Source: Naegleria gruberi
Taxonomy: Eukaryota
Assembly: GCA_000004985.1 (NCBI GenBank)
Contig: GG738887.1
Strand: one strand, 5' to 3'
Length of the DNA stretch: 64,000 bases
Positions 1 to 12,000 of this stretch are shown here, one piece after another; the stretch's first letter is position 1, and each line of letters starts with the position of its first letter. The notes beneath the pieces are model-generated. The model had not been told where the DNA came from and did no database searches. It worked only from the letters and a program-made list of their open reading frames with translations. The position numbers and the translations under genes are program-made.

Positions 1-3000
1 NNNNNNNNNNNNNNNNNNNNNNNNNNNNNNNNNNNNNNNNNNNNNNNNNNNNNNNNNNNNNNNNNNNNNNNNNNNNNNNNNNNNNNNNNNNNNNNNNNNN
101 NNNNNNNNNNNNNNNNNNNNNNNNNNNNNNNNNNNNNNNNNNNNNNNNNNNNNNNNNNNNNNNNNNNNNNNNNNNNNNNNNNNNNNNNNNNNNNNNNNNN
201 NNNNNNNNNNNNNNNNNNNNNNNNNNNNNNNNNNNNNNNNNNNNNNNNNNNNNNNNNNNNNNNNNNNNNNNNNNNNNNNNNNNNNNNNNNNNNNNNNNNN
301 NNNNNNNNNNNNNNNNNNNNNNNNNNNNNNNNNNNNNNNNNNNNNNNNNNNNNNNNNNNNNNNNNNNNNNNNNNNNNNNNNNNNNNNNNNNNNNNNNNNN
401 NNNNNNNNNNNNNNNNNNNNNNNNNNNNNNNNNNNNNNNNNNNNNNNNNNNNNNNNNNNNNNNNNNNNNNNNNNNNNNNNNNNNNNNNNNNNNNNNNNNN
501 NNNNNNNNNNNNNNNNNNNNNNNNNNNNNNNNNNNNNNNNNNNNNNNNNNNNNNNNNNNNNNNNNNNNNNNNNNNNNNNNNNNNNNNNNNNNNNNNNNNN
601 NNNNNNNNNNNNNNNNNNNNNNNNNNNNNNNNNNNNNNNNNNNNNNNNNNNNNNNNNNNNNNNNNNNNNNNNNNNNNNNNNNNNNNNNNNNNNNNNNNNN
701 NNNNNNNNNNNNNNNNNNNNNNNNNNNNNNNNNNNNNNNNNNNNNNNNNNNNNNNNNNNNNNNNNNNNNNNNNNNNNNNNNNNNNNNNNNNNNNNNNNNN
801 NNNNNNNNNNNNNNNNNNNNNNNNNNNNNNNNNNNNNNNNNNNNNNNNNNNNNNNNNNNNNNNNNNNNNNNNNNNNNNNNNNNNNNNNNNNNNNNNNNNN
901 NNNNNNNNNNNNNNNNNNNNNNNNNNNNNNNNNNNNNNNNNNNNNNNNNNNNNNNNNNNNNNNNNNNNNNNNNNNNNNNNNNNNNNNNNNNNNNNNNNNN
1001 NNNNNNNNNNNNNNNNNNNNNNNNNNNNNNNNNNNNNNNNNNNNNNNNNNNNNNNNNNNNNNNNNNNNNNNNNNNNNNNNNNNNNNNNNNNNNNNNNNNN
1101 NNNNNNNNNNNNNNNNNNNNNNNNNNNNNNNNNNNNNNNNNNNNNNNNNNNNNNNNNNNNNNNNNNNNNNNNNNNNNNNNNNNNNNNNNNNNNNNNNNNN
1201 NNNNNNNNNNNNNNNNNNNNNNNNNNNNNNNNNNNNNNNNNNNNNNNNNNNNNNNNNNNNNNNNNNNNNNNNNNNNNNNNNNNNNNNNNNNNNNNNNNNN
1301 NNNNNNNNNNNNNNNNNNNNNNNNNNNNNNNNNNNNNNNNNNNNNNNNNNNNNNNNNNNNNNNNNNNNNNNNNNNNNNNNNNNNNNNNNNNNNNNNNNNN
1401 NNNNNNNNNNNNNNNNNNNNNNNNNNNNNNNNNNNNNNNNNNNNNNNNNNNNNNNNNNNNNNNNNNNNNNNNNNNNNNNNNNNNNNNNNNNNNNNNNNNN
1501 NNNNNNNNNNNNNNNNNNNNNNNNNNNNNNNNNNNNNNNNNNNNNNNNNNNNNNNNNNNNNNNNNNNNNNNNNNNNNNNNNNNNNNNNNNNNNNNNNNNN
1601 NNNNNNNNNNNNNNNNNNNNNNNNNNNNNNNNNNNNNNNNNNNNNNNNNNNNNNNNNNNNNNNNNNNNNNNNNNNNNNNNNNNNNNNNNNNNNNNNNNNN
1701 NNNNNNNNNNNNNNNNNNNNNNNNNNNNNNNNNNNNNNNNNNNNNNNNNNNNNNNNNNNNNNNNNNNNNNNNNNNNNNNNNNNNNNNNNNNNNNNNNNNN
1801 NNNNNNNNNNNNNNNNNNNNNNNNNNNNNNNNNNNNNNNNNNNNNNNNNNNNNNNNNNNNNNNNNNNNNNNNNNNNNNNNNNNNNNNNNNNNNNNNNNNN
1901 NNNNNNNNNNNNNNNNNNNNNNNNNNNNNNNNNNNNNNNNNNNNNNNNNNNNNNNNNNNNNNNNNNNNNNNNNNNNNNNNNNNNNNNNNNNNNNNNNNNN
2001 NNNNNNNNNNNNNNNNNNNNNNNNNNNNNNNNNNNNNNNNNNNNNNNNNNNNNNNNNNNNNNNNNNNNNNNNNNNNNNNNNNNNNNNNNNNNNNNNNNNN
2101 NNNNNNNNNNNNNNNNNNNNNNNNNNNNNNNNNNNNNNNNNNNNNNNNNNNNNNNNNNNNNNNNNNNNNNNNNNNNNNNNNNNNNNNNNNNNNNNNNNNN
2201 NNNNNNNNNNNNNNNNNNNNNNNNNNNNNNNNNNNNNNNNNNNNNNNNNNNNNNNNNNNNNNNNNNNNNNNNNNNNNNNNNNNNNNNNNNNNNNNNNNNN
2301 NNNNNNNNNNNNNNNNNNNNNNNNNNNNNNNNNNNNNNNNNNNNNNNNNNNNNNNNNNNNNNNNNNNNNNNNNNNNNNNNNNNNNNNNNNNNNNNNNNNN
2401 NNNNNNNNNNNNNNNNNNNNNNNNNNNNNNNNNNNNNNNNNNNNNNNNNNNNNNNNNNNNNNNNNNNNNNNNNNNNNNNNNNNNNNNNNNNNNNNNNNNN
2501 NNNNNNNNNNNNNNNNNNNNNNNNNNNNNNNNNNNNNNNNNNNNNNNNNNNNNNNNNNNNNNNNNNNNNNNNNNNNNNNNNNNNNNNNNNNNNNNNNNNN
2601 NNNNNNNNNNNNNNNNNNNNNNNNNNNNNNNNNNNNNNNNNNNNNNNNNNNNNNNNNNNNNNNNNNNNNNNNNNNNNNNNNNNNNNNNNNNNNNNNNNNN
2701 NNNNNNNNNNNNNNNNNNNNNNNNNNNNNNNNNNNNNNNNNNNNNNNNNNNNNNNNNNNNNNNNNNNNNNNNNNNNNNNNNNNNNNNNNNNNNNNNNNNN
2801 NNNNNNNNNNNNNNNNNNNNNNNNNNNNNNNNNNNNNNNNNNNNNNNNNNNNNNNNNNNNNNNNNNNNNNNNNNNNNNNNNNNNNNNNNNNNNNNNNNNN
2901 NNNNNNNNNNNNNNNNNNNNNNNNNNNNNNNNNNNNNNNNNNNNNNNNNNNNNNNNNNNNNNNNNNNNNNNNNNNNNNNNNNNNNNNNNNNNNNNNNNNN

Positions 3001-6000
3001 NNNNNNNNNNNNNNNNNNNNNNNNNNNNNNNNNNNNNNNNNNNNNNNNNNNNNNNNNNNNNNNNNNNNNNNNNNNNNNNNNNNNNNNNNNNNNNNNNNNN
3101 NNNNNNNNNNNNNNNNNNNNNNNNNNNNNNNNNNNNNNNNNNNNNNNNNNNNNNNNNNNNNNNNNNNNNNNNNNNNNNNNNNNNNNNNNNNNNNNNNNNN
3201 NNNNNNNNNNNNNNNNNNNNNNNNNNNNNNNNNNNNNNNNNNNNNNNNNNNNNNNNNNNNNNNNNNNNNNNNNNNNNNNNNNNNNNNNNNNNNNNNNNNN
3301 NNNNNNNNNNNNNNNNNNNNNNNNNNNNNNNNNNNNNNNNNNNNNNNNNNNNNNNNNNNNNNNNNNNNNNNNNNNNNNNNNNNNNNNNNNNNNNNNNNNN
3401 NNNNNNNNNNNNNNNNNNNNNNNNNNNNNNNNNNNNNNNNNNNNNNNNNNNNNNNNNNNNNNNNNNNNNNNNNNNNNNNNNNNNNNNNNNNNNNNNNNNN
3501 NNNNNNNNNNNNNNNNNNNNNNNNNNNNNNNNNNNNNNNNNNNNNNNNNNNNNNNNNNNNNNNNNNNNNNNNNNNNNNNNNNNNNNNNNNNNNNNNNNNN
3601 NNNNNNNNNNNNNNNNNNNNNNNNNNNNNNNNNNNNNNNNNNNNNNNNNNNNNNNNNNNNNNNNNNNNNNNNNNNNNNNNNNNNNNNNNNNNNNNNNNNN
3701 NNNNNNNNNNNNNNNNNNNNNNNNNNNNNNNNNNNNNNNNNNNNNNNNNNNNNNNNNNNNNNNNNNNNNNNNNNNNNNNNNNNNNNNNNNNNNNNNNNNN
3801 NNNNNNNNNNNNNNNNNNNNNNNNNNNNNNNNNNNNNNNNNNNNNNNNNNNNNNNNNNNNNNNNNNNNNNNNNNNNNNNNNNNNNNNNNNNNNNNNNNNN
3901 NNNNNNNNNNNNNNNNNNNNNNNNNNNNNNNNNNNNNNNNNNNNNNNNNNNNNNNNNNNNNNNNNNNNNNNNNNNNNNNNNNNNNNNNNNNNNNNNNNNN
4001 NNNNNNNNNNNNNNNNNNNNNNNNNNNNNNNNNNNNNNNNNNNNNNNNNNNNNNNNNNNNNNNNNNNNNNNNNNNNNNNNNNNNNNNNNNNNNNNNNNNN
4101 NNNNNNNNNNNNNNNNNNNNNNNNNNNNNNNNNNNNNNNNNNNNNNNNNNNNNNNNNNNNNNNNNNNNNNNNNNNNNNNNNNNNNNNNNNNNNNNNNNNN
4201 NNNNNNNNNNNNNNNNNNNNNNNNNNNNNNNNNNNNNNNNNNNNNNNNNNNNNNNNNNNNNNNNNNNNNNNNNNNNNNNNNNNNNNNNNNNNNNNNNNNN
4301 NNNNNNNNNNNNNNNNNNNNNNNNNNNNNNNNNNNNNNNNNNNNNNNNNNNNNNNNNNNNNNNNNNNNNNNNNNNNNNNNNNNNNNNNNNNNNNNNNNNN
4401 NNNNNNNNNNNNNNNNNNNNNNNNNNNNNNNNNNNNNNNNNNNNNNNNNNNNNNNNNNNNNNNNNNNNNNNNNNNNNNNNNNNNNNNNNNNNNNNNNNNN
4501 NNNNNNNNNNNNNNNNNNNNNNNNNNNNNNNNNNNNNNNNNNNNNNNNNNNNNNNNNNNNNNNNNNNNNNNNNNNNNNNNNNNNNNNNNNNNNNNNNNNN
4601 NNNNNNNNNNNNNNNNNNNNNNNNNNNNNNNNNNNNNNNNNNNNNNNNNNNNNNNNNNNNNNNNNNNNNNNNNNNNNNNNNNNNNNNNNNNNNNNNNNNN
4701 NNNNNNNNNNNNNNNNNNNNNNNNNNNNNNNNNNNNNNNNNNNNNNNNNNNNNNNNNNNNNNNNNNNNNNNNNNNNNNNNNNNNNNNNNNNNNNNNNNNN
4801 NNNNNNNNNNNNNNNNNNNNNNNNNNNNNNNNNNNNNNNNNNNNNNNNNNNNNNNNNNNNNNNNNNNNNNNNNNNNNNNNNNNNNNNNNNNNNNNNNNNN
4901 NNNNNNNNNNNNNNNNNNNNNNNNNNNNNNNNNNNNNNNNNNNNNNNNNNNNNNNNNNNNNNNNNNNNNNNNNNNNNNNNNNNNNNNNNNNNNNNNNNNN
5001 NNNNNNNNNNNNNNNNNNNNNNNNNNNNNNNNNNNNNNNNNNNNNNNNNNNNNNNNNNNNNNNNNNNNNNNNNNNNNNNNNNNNNNNNNNNNNNNNNNNN
5101 NNNNNNNNNNNNNNNNNNNNNNNNNNNNNNNNNNNNNNNNNNNNNNNNNNNNNNNNNNNNNNNNNNNNNNNNNNNNNNNNNNNNNNNNNNNNNNNNNNNN
5201 NNNNNNNNNNNNNNNNNNNNNNNNNNNNNNNNNNNNNNNNNNNNNNNNNNNNNNNNNNNNNNNNNNNNNNNNNNNNNNNNNNNNNNNNNNNNNNNNNNNN
5301 NNNNNNNNNNNNNNNNNNNNNNNNNNNNNNNNNNNNNNNNNNNNNNNNNNNNNNNNNNNNNNNNNNNNNNNNNNNNNNNNNNNNNNNNNNNNNNNNNNNN
5401 NNNNNNNNNNNNNNNNNNNNNNNNNNNNNNNNNNNNNNNNNNNNNNNNNNNNNNNNNNNNNNNNNNNNNNNNNNNNNNNNNNNNNNNNNNNNNNNNNNNN
5501 NNNNNNNNNNNNNNNNNNNNNNNNNNNNNNNNNNNNNNNNNNNNNNNNNNNNNNNNNNNNNNNNNNNNNNNNNNNNNNNNNNNNNNNNNNNNNNNNNNNN
5601 NNNNNNNNNNNNNNNNNNNNNNNNNNNNNNNNNNNNNNNNNNNNNNNNNNNNNNNNNNNNNNNNNNNNNNNNNNNNNNNNNNNNNNNNNNNNNNNNNNNN
5701 NNNNNNNNNNNNNNNNNNNNNNNNNNNNNNNNNNNNNNNNNNNNNNNNNNNNNNNNNNNNNNNNNNNNNNNNNNNNNNNNNNNNNNNNNNNNNNNNNNNN
5801 NNNNNNNNNNNNNNNNNNNNNNNNNNNNNNNNNNNNNNNNNNNNNNNNNNNNNNNNNNNNNNNNNNNNNNNNNNNNNNNNNNNNNNNNNNNNNNNNNNNN
5901 NNNNNNNNNNNNNNNNNNNNNNNNNNNNNNNNNNNNNNNNNNNNNNNNNNNNNNNNNNNNNNNNNNNNNNNNNNNNNNNNNNNNNNNNNNNNNNNNNNNN

Positions 6001-9000
6001 NNNNNNNNNNNNNNNNNNNNNNNNNNNNNNNNNNNNNNNNNNNNNNNNNNNNNNNNNNNNNNNNNNNNNNNNNNNNNNNNNNNNNNNNNNNNNNNNNNNN
6101 NNNNNNNNNNNNNNNNNNNNNNNNNNNNNNNNNNNNNNNNNNNNNNNNNNNNNNNNNNNNNNNNNNNNNNNNNNNNNNNNNNNNNNNNNNNNNNNNNNNN
6201 NNNNNNNNNNNNNNNNNNNNNNNNNNNNNNNNNNNNNNNNNNNNNNNNNNNNNNNNNNNNNNNNNNNNNNNNNNNNNNNNNNNNNNNNNNNNNNNNNNNN
6301 NNNNNNNNNNNNNNNNNNNNNNNNNNNNNNNNNNNNNNNNNNNNNNNNNNNNNNNNNNNNNNNNNNNNNNNNNNNNNNNNNNNNNNNNNNNNNNNNNNNN
6401 NNNNNNNNNNNNNNNNNNNNNNNNNNNNNNNNNNNNNNNNNNNNNNNNNNNNNNNNNNNNNNNNNNNNNNNNNNNNNNNNNNNNNNNNNNNNNNNNNNNN
6501 NNNNNNNNNNNNNNNNNNNNNNNNNNNNNNNNNNNNNNNNNNNNNNNNNNNNNNNNNNNNNNNNNNNNNNNNNNNNNNNNNNNNNNNNNNNNNNNNNNNN
6601 NNNNNNNNNNNNNNNNNNNNNNNNNNNNNNNNNNNNNNNNNNNNNNNNNNNNNNNNNNNNNNNNNNNNNNNNNNNNNNNNNNNNNNNNNNNNNNNNNNNN
6701 NNNNNNNNNNNNNNNNNNNNNNNNNNNNNNNNNNNNNNNNNNNNNNNNNNNNNNNNNNNNNNNNNNNNNNNNNNNNNNNNNNNNNNNNNNNNNNNNNNNN
6801 NNNNNNNNNNNNNNNNNNNNNNNNNNNNNNNNNNNNNNNNNNNNNNNNNNNNNNNNNNNNNNNNNNNNNNNNNNNNNNNNNNNNNNNNNNNNNNNNNNNN
6901 NNNNNNNNNNNNNNNNNNNNNNNNNNNNNNNNNNNNNNNNNNNNNNNNNNNNNNNNNNNNNNNNNNNNNNNNNNNNNNNNNNNNNNNNNNNNNNNNNNNN
7001 NNNNNNNNNNNNNNNNNNNNNNNNNNNNNNNNNNNNNNNNNNNNNNNNNNNNNNNNNNNNNNNNNNNNNNNNNNNNNNNNNNNNNNNNNNNNNNNNNNNN
7101 NNNNNNNNNNNNNNNNNNNNNNNNNNNNNNNNNNNNNNNNNNNNNNNNNNNNNNNNNNNNNNNNNNNNNNNNNNNNNNNNNNNNNNNNNNNNNNNNNNNN
7201 NNNNNNNNNNNNNNNNNNNNNNNNNNNNNNNNNNNNNNNNNNNNNNNNNNNNNNNNNNNNNNNNNNNNNNNNNNNNNNNNNNNNNNNNNNNNNNNNNNNN
7301 NNNNNNNNNNNNNNNNNNNNNNNNNNNNNNNNNNNNNNNNNNNNNNNNNNNNNNNNNNNNNNNNNNNNNNNNNNNNNNNNNNNNNNNNNNNNNNNNNNNN
7401 NNNNNNNNNNNNNNNNNNNNNNNNNNNNNNNNNNNNNNNNNNNNNNNNNNNNNNNNNNNNNNNNNNNNNNNNNNNNNNNNNNNNNNNNNNNNNNNNNNNN
7501 NNNNNNNNNNNNNNNNNNNNNNNNNNNNNNNNNNNNNNNNNNNNNNNNNNNNNNNNNNNNNNNNNNNNNNNNNNNNNNNNNNNNNNNNNNNNNNNNNNNN
7601 NNNNNNNNNNNNNNNNNNNNNNNNNNNNNNNNNNNNNNNNNNNNNNNNNNNNNNNNNNNNNNNNNNNNNNNNNNNNNNNNNNNNNNNNNNNNNNNNNNNN
7701 NNNNNNNNNNNNNNNNNNNNNNNNNNNNNNNNNNNNNNNNNNNNNNNNNNNNNNNNNNNNNNNNNNNNNNNNNNNNNNNNNNNNNNNNNNNNNNNNNNNN
7801 NNNNNNNNNNNNNNNNNNNNNNNNNNNNNNNNNNNNNNNNNNNNNNNNNNNNNNNNNNNNNNNNNNNNNNNNNNNNNNNNNNNNNNNNNNNNNNNNNNNN
7901 NNNNNNNNNNNNNNNNNNNNNNNNNNNNNNNNNNNNNNNNNNNNNNNNNNNNNNNNNNNNNNNNNNNNNNNNNNNNNNNNNNNNNNNNNNNNNNNNNNNN
8001 NNNNNNNNNNNNNNNNNNNNNNNNNNNNNNNNNNNNNNNNNNNNNNNNNNNNNNNNNNNNNNNNNNNNNNNNNNNNNNNNNNNNNNNNNNNNNNNNNNNN
8101 NNNNNNNNNNNNNNNNNNNNNNNNNNNNNNNNNNNNNNNNNNNNNNNNNNNNNNNNNNNNNNNNNNNNNNNNNNNNNNNNNNNNNNNNNNNNNNNNNNNN
8201 NNNNNNNNNNNNNNNNNNNNNNNNNNNNNNNNNNNNNNNNNNNNNNNNNNNNNNNNNNNNNNNNNNNNNNNNNNNNNNNNNNNNNNNNNNNNNNNNNNNN
8301 NNNNNNNNNNNNNNNNNNNNNNNNNNNNNNNNNNNNNNNNNNNNNNNNNNNNNNNNNNNNNNNNNNNNNNNNNNNNNNNNNNNNNNNNNNNNNNNNNNNN
8401 NNNNNNNNNNNNNNNNNNNNNNNNNNNNNNNNNNNNNNNNNNNNNNNNNNNNNNNNNNNNNNNNNNNNNNNNNNNNNNNNNNNNNNNNNNNNNNNNNNNN
8501 NNNNNNNNNNNNNNNNNNNNNNNNNNNNNNNNNNNNNNNNNNNNNNNNNNNNNNNNNNNNNNNNNNNNNNNNNNNNNNNNNNNNNNNNNNNNNNNNNNNN
8601 NNNNNNNNNNNNNNNNNNNNNNNNNNNNNNNNNNNNNNNNNNNNNNNNNNNNNNNNNNNNNNNNNNNNNNNNNNNNNNNNNNNNNNNNNNNNNNNNNNNN
8701 NNNNNNNNNNNNNNNNNNNNNNNNNNNNNNNNNNNNNNNNNNNNNNNNNNNNNNNNNNNNNNNNNNNNNNNNNNNNNNNNNNNNNNNNNNNNNNNNNNNN
8801 NNNNNNNNNNNNNNNNNNNNNNNNNNNNNNNNNNNNNNNNNNNNNNNNNNNNNNNNNNNNNNNNNNNNNNNNNNNNNNNNNNNNNNNNNNNNNNNNNNNN
8901 NNNNNNNNNNNNNNNNNNNNNNNNNNNNNNNNNNNNNNNNNNNNNNNNNNNNNNNNNNNNNNNNNNNNNNNNNNNNNNNNNNNNNNNNNNNNNNNNNNNN

Positions 9001-12000
9001 NNNNNNNNNNNNNNNNNNNNNNNNNNNNNNNNNNNNNNNNNNNNNNNNNNNNNNNNNNNNNNNNNNNNNNNNNNNNNNNNNNNNNNNNNNNNNNNNNNNN
9101 NNNNNNNNNNNNNNNNNNNNNNNNNNNNNNNNNNNNNNNNNNNNNNNNNNNNNNNNNNNNNNNNNNNNNNNNNNNNNNNNNNNNNNNNNNNNNNNNNNNN
9201 NNNNNNNNNNNNNNNNNNNNNNNNNNNNNNNNNNNNNNNNNNNNNNNNNNNNNNNNNNNNNNNNNNNNNNNNNNNNNNNNNNNNNNNNNNNNNNNNNNNN
9301 NNNNNNNNNNNNNNNNNNNNNNNNNNNNNNNNNNNNNNNNNNNNNNNNNNNNNNNNNNNNNNNNNNNNNNNNNNNNNNNNNNNNNNNNNNNNNNNNNNNN
9401 NNNNNNNNNNNNNNNNNNNNNNNNNNNNNNNNNNNNNNNNNNNNNNNNNNNNNNNNNNNNNNNNNNNNNNNNNNNNNNNNNNNNNNNNNNNNNNNNNNNN
9501 NNNNNNNNNNNNNNNNNNNNNNNNNNNNNNNNNNNNNNNNNNNNNNNNNNNNNNNNNNNNNNNNNNNNNNNNNNNNNNNNNNNNNNNNNNNNNNNNNNNN
9601 NNNNNNNNNNNNNNNNNNNNNNNNNNNNNNNNNNNNNNNNNNNNNNNNNNNNNNNNNNNNNNNNNNNNNNNNNNNNNNNNNNNNNNNNNNNNNNNNNNNN
9701 NNNNNNNNNNNNNNNNNNNNNNNNNNNNNNNNNNNNNNNNNNNNNNNNNNNNNNNNNNNNNNNNNNNNNNNNNNNNNNNNNNNNNNNNNNNNNNNNNNNN
9801 NNNNNNNNNNNNNNNNNNNNNNNNNNNNNNNNNNNNNNNNNNNNNNNNNNNNNNNNNNNNNNNNNNNNNNNNNNNNNNNNNNNNNNNNNNNNNNNNNNNN
9901 NNNNNNNNNNNNNNNNNNNNNNNNNNNNNNNNNNNNNNNNNNNNNNNNNNNNNNNNNNNNNNNNNNNNNNNNNNNNNNNNNNNNNNNNNNNNNNNNNNNN
10001 NNNNNNNNNNNNNNNNNNNNNNNNNNNNNNNNNNNNNNNNNNNNNNNNNNNNNNNNNNNNNNNNNNNNNNNNNNNNNNNNNNNNNNNNNNNNNNNNNNNN
10101 NNNNNNNNNNNNNNNNNNNNNNNNNNNNNNNNNNNNNNNNNNNNNNNNNNNNNNNNNNNNNNNNNNNNNNNNNNNNNNNNNNNNNNNNNNNNNNNNNNNN
10201 NNNNNNNNNNNNNNNNNNNNNNNNNNNNNNNNNNNNNNNNNNNNNNNNNNNNNNNNNNNNNNNNNNNNNNNNNNNNNNNNNNNNNNNNNNNNNNNNNNNN
10301 NNNNNNNNNNNNNNNNNNNNNNNNNNNNNNNNNNNNNNNNNNNNNNNNNNNNNNNNNNNNNNNNNNNNNNNNNNNNNNNNNNNNNNNNNNNNNNNNNNNN
10401 NNNNNNNNNNNNNNNNNNNNNNNNNNNNNNNNNNNNNNNNNNNNNNNNNNNNNNNNNNNNNNNNNNNNNNNNNNNNNNNNNNNNNNNNNNNNNNNNNNNN
10501 NNNNNNNNNNNNNNNNNNNNNNNNNNNNNNNNNNNNNNNNNNNNNNNNNNNNNNNNNNNNNNNNNNNNNNNNNNNNNNNNNNNNNNNNNNNNNNNNNNNN
10601 NNNNNNNNNNNNNNNNNNNNNNNNNNNNNNNNNNNNNNNNNNNNNNNNNNNNNNNNNNNNNNNNNNNNNNNNNNNNNNNNNNNNNNNNNNNNNNNNNNNN
10701 NNNNNNNNNNNNNNNNNNNNNNNNNNNNNNNNNNNNNNNNNNNNNNNNNNNNNNNNNNNNNNNNNNNNNNNNNNNNNNNNNNNNNNNNNNNNNNNNNNNN
10801 NNNNNNNNNNNNNNNNNNNNNNNNNNNNNNNNNNNNNNNNNNNNNNNNNNNNNNNNNNNNNNNNNNNNNNNNNNNNNNNNNNNNNNNNNNNNNNNNNNNN
10901 NNNNNNNNNNNNNNNNNNNNNNNNNNNNNNNNNNNNNNNNNNNNNNNNNNNNNNNNNNNNNNNNNNNNNNNNNNNNNNNNNNNNNNNNNNNNNNNNNNNN
11001 NNNNNNNNNNNNNNNNNNNNNNNNNNNNNNNNNNNNNNNNNNNNNNNNNNNNNNNNNNNNNNNNNNNNNNNNNNNNNNNNNNNNNNNNNNNNNNNNNNNN
11101 NNNNNNNNNNNNNNNNNNNNNNNNNNNNNNNNNNNNNNNNNNNNNNNNNNNNNNNNNNNNNNNNNNNNNNNNNNNNNNNNNNNNNNNNNNNNNNNNNNNN
11201 NNNNNNNNNNNNNNNNNNNNNNNNNNNNNNNNNNNNNNNNNNNNNNNNNNNNNNNNNNNNNNNNNNNNNNNNNNNNNNNNNNNNNNNNNNNNNNNNNNNN
11301 NNNNNNNNNNNNNNNNNNNNNNNNNNNNNNNNNNNNNNNNNNNNNNNNNNNNNNNNNNNNNNNNNNNNNNNNNNNNNNNNNNNNNNNNNNNNNNNNNNNN
11401 NNNNNNNNNNNNNNNNNNNNNNNNNNNNNNNNNNNNNNNNNNNNNNNNNNNNNNNNNNNNNNNNNNNNNNNNNNNNNNNNNNNNNNNNNNNNNNNNNNNN
11501 NNNNNNNNNNNNNNNNNNNNNNNNNNNNNNNNNNNNNNNNNNNNNNNNNNNNNNNNNNNNNNNNNNNNNNNNNNNNNNNNNNNNNNNNNNNNNNNNNNNN
11601 NNNNNNNNNNNNNNNNNNNNNNNNNNNNNNNNNNNNNNNNNNNNNNNNNNNNNNNNNNNNNNNNNNNNNNNNNNNNNNNNNNNNNNNNNNNNNNNNNNNN
11701 NNNNNNNNNNNNNNNNNNNNNNNNNNNNNNNNNNNNNNNNNNNNNNNNNNNNNNNNNNNNNNNNNNNNNNNNNNNNNNNNNNNNNNNNNNNNNNNNNNNN
11801 NNNNNNNNNNNNNNNNNNNNNNNNNNNNNNNNNNNNNNNNNNNNNNNNNNNNNNNNNNNNNNNNNNNNNNNNNNNNNNNNNNNNNNNNNNNNNNNNNNNN
11901 NNNNNNNNNNNNNNNNNNNNNNNNNNNNNNNNNNNNNNNNNNNNNNNNNNNNNNNNNNNNNNNNNNNNNNNNNNNNNNNNNNNNNNNNNNNNNNNNNNNN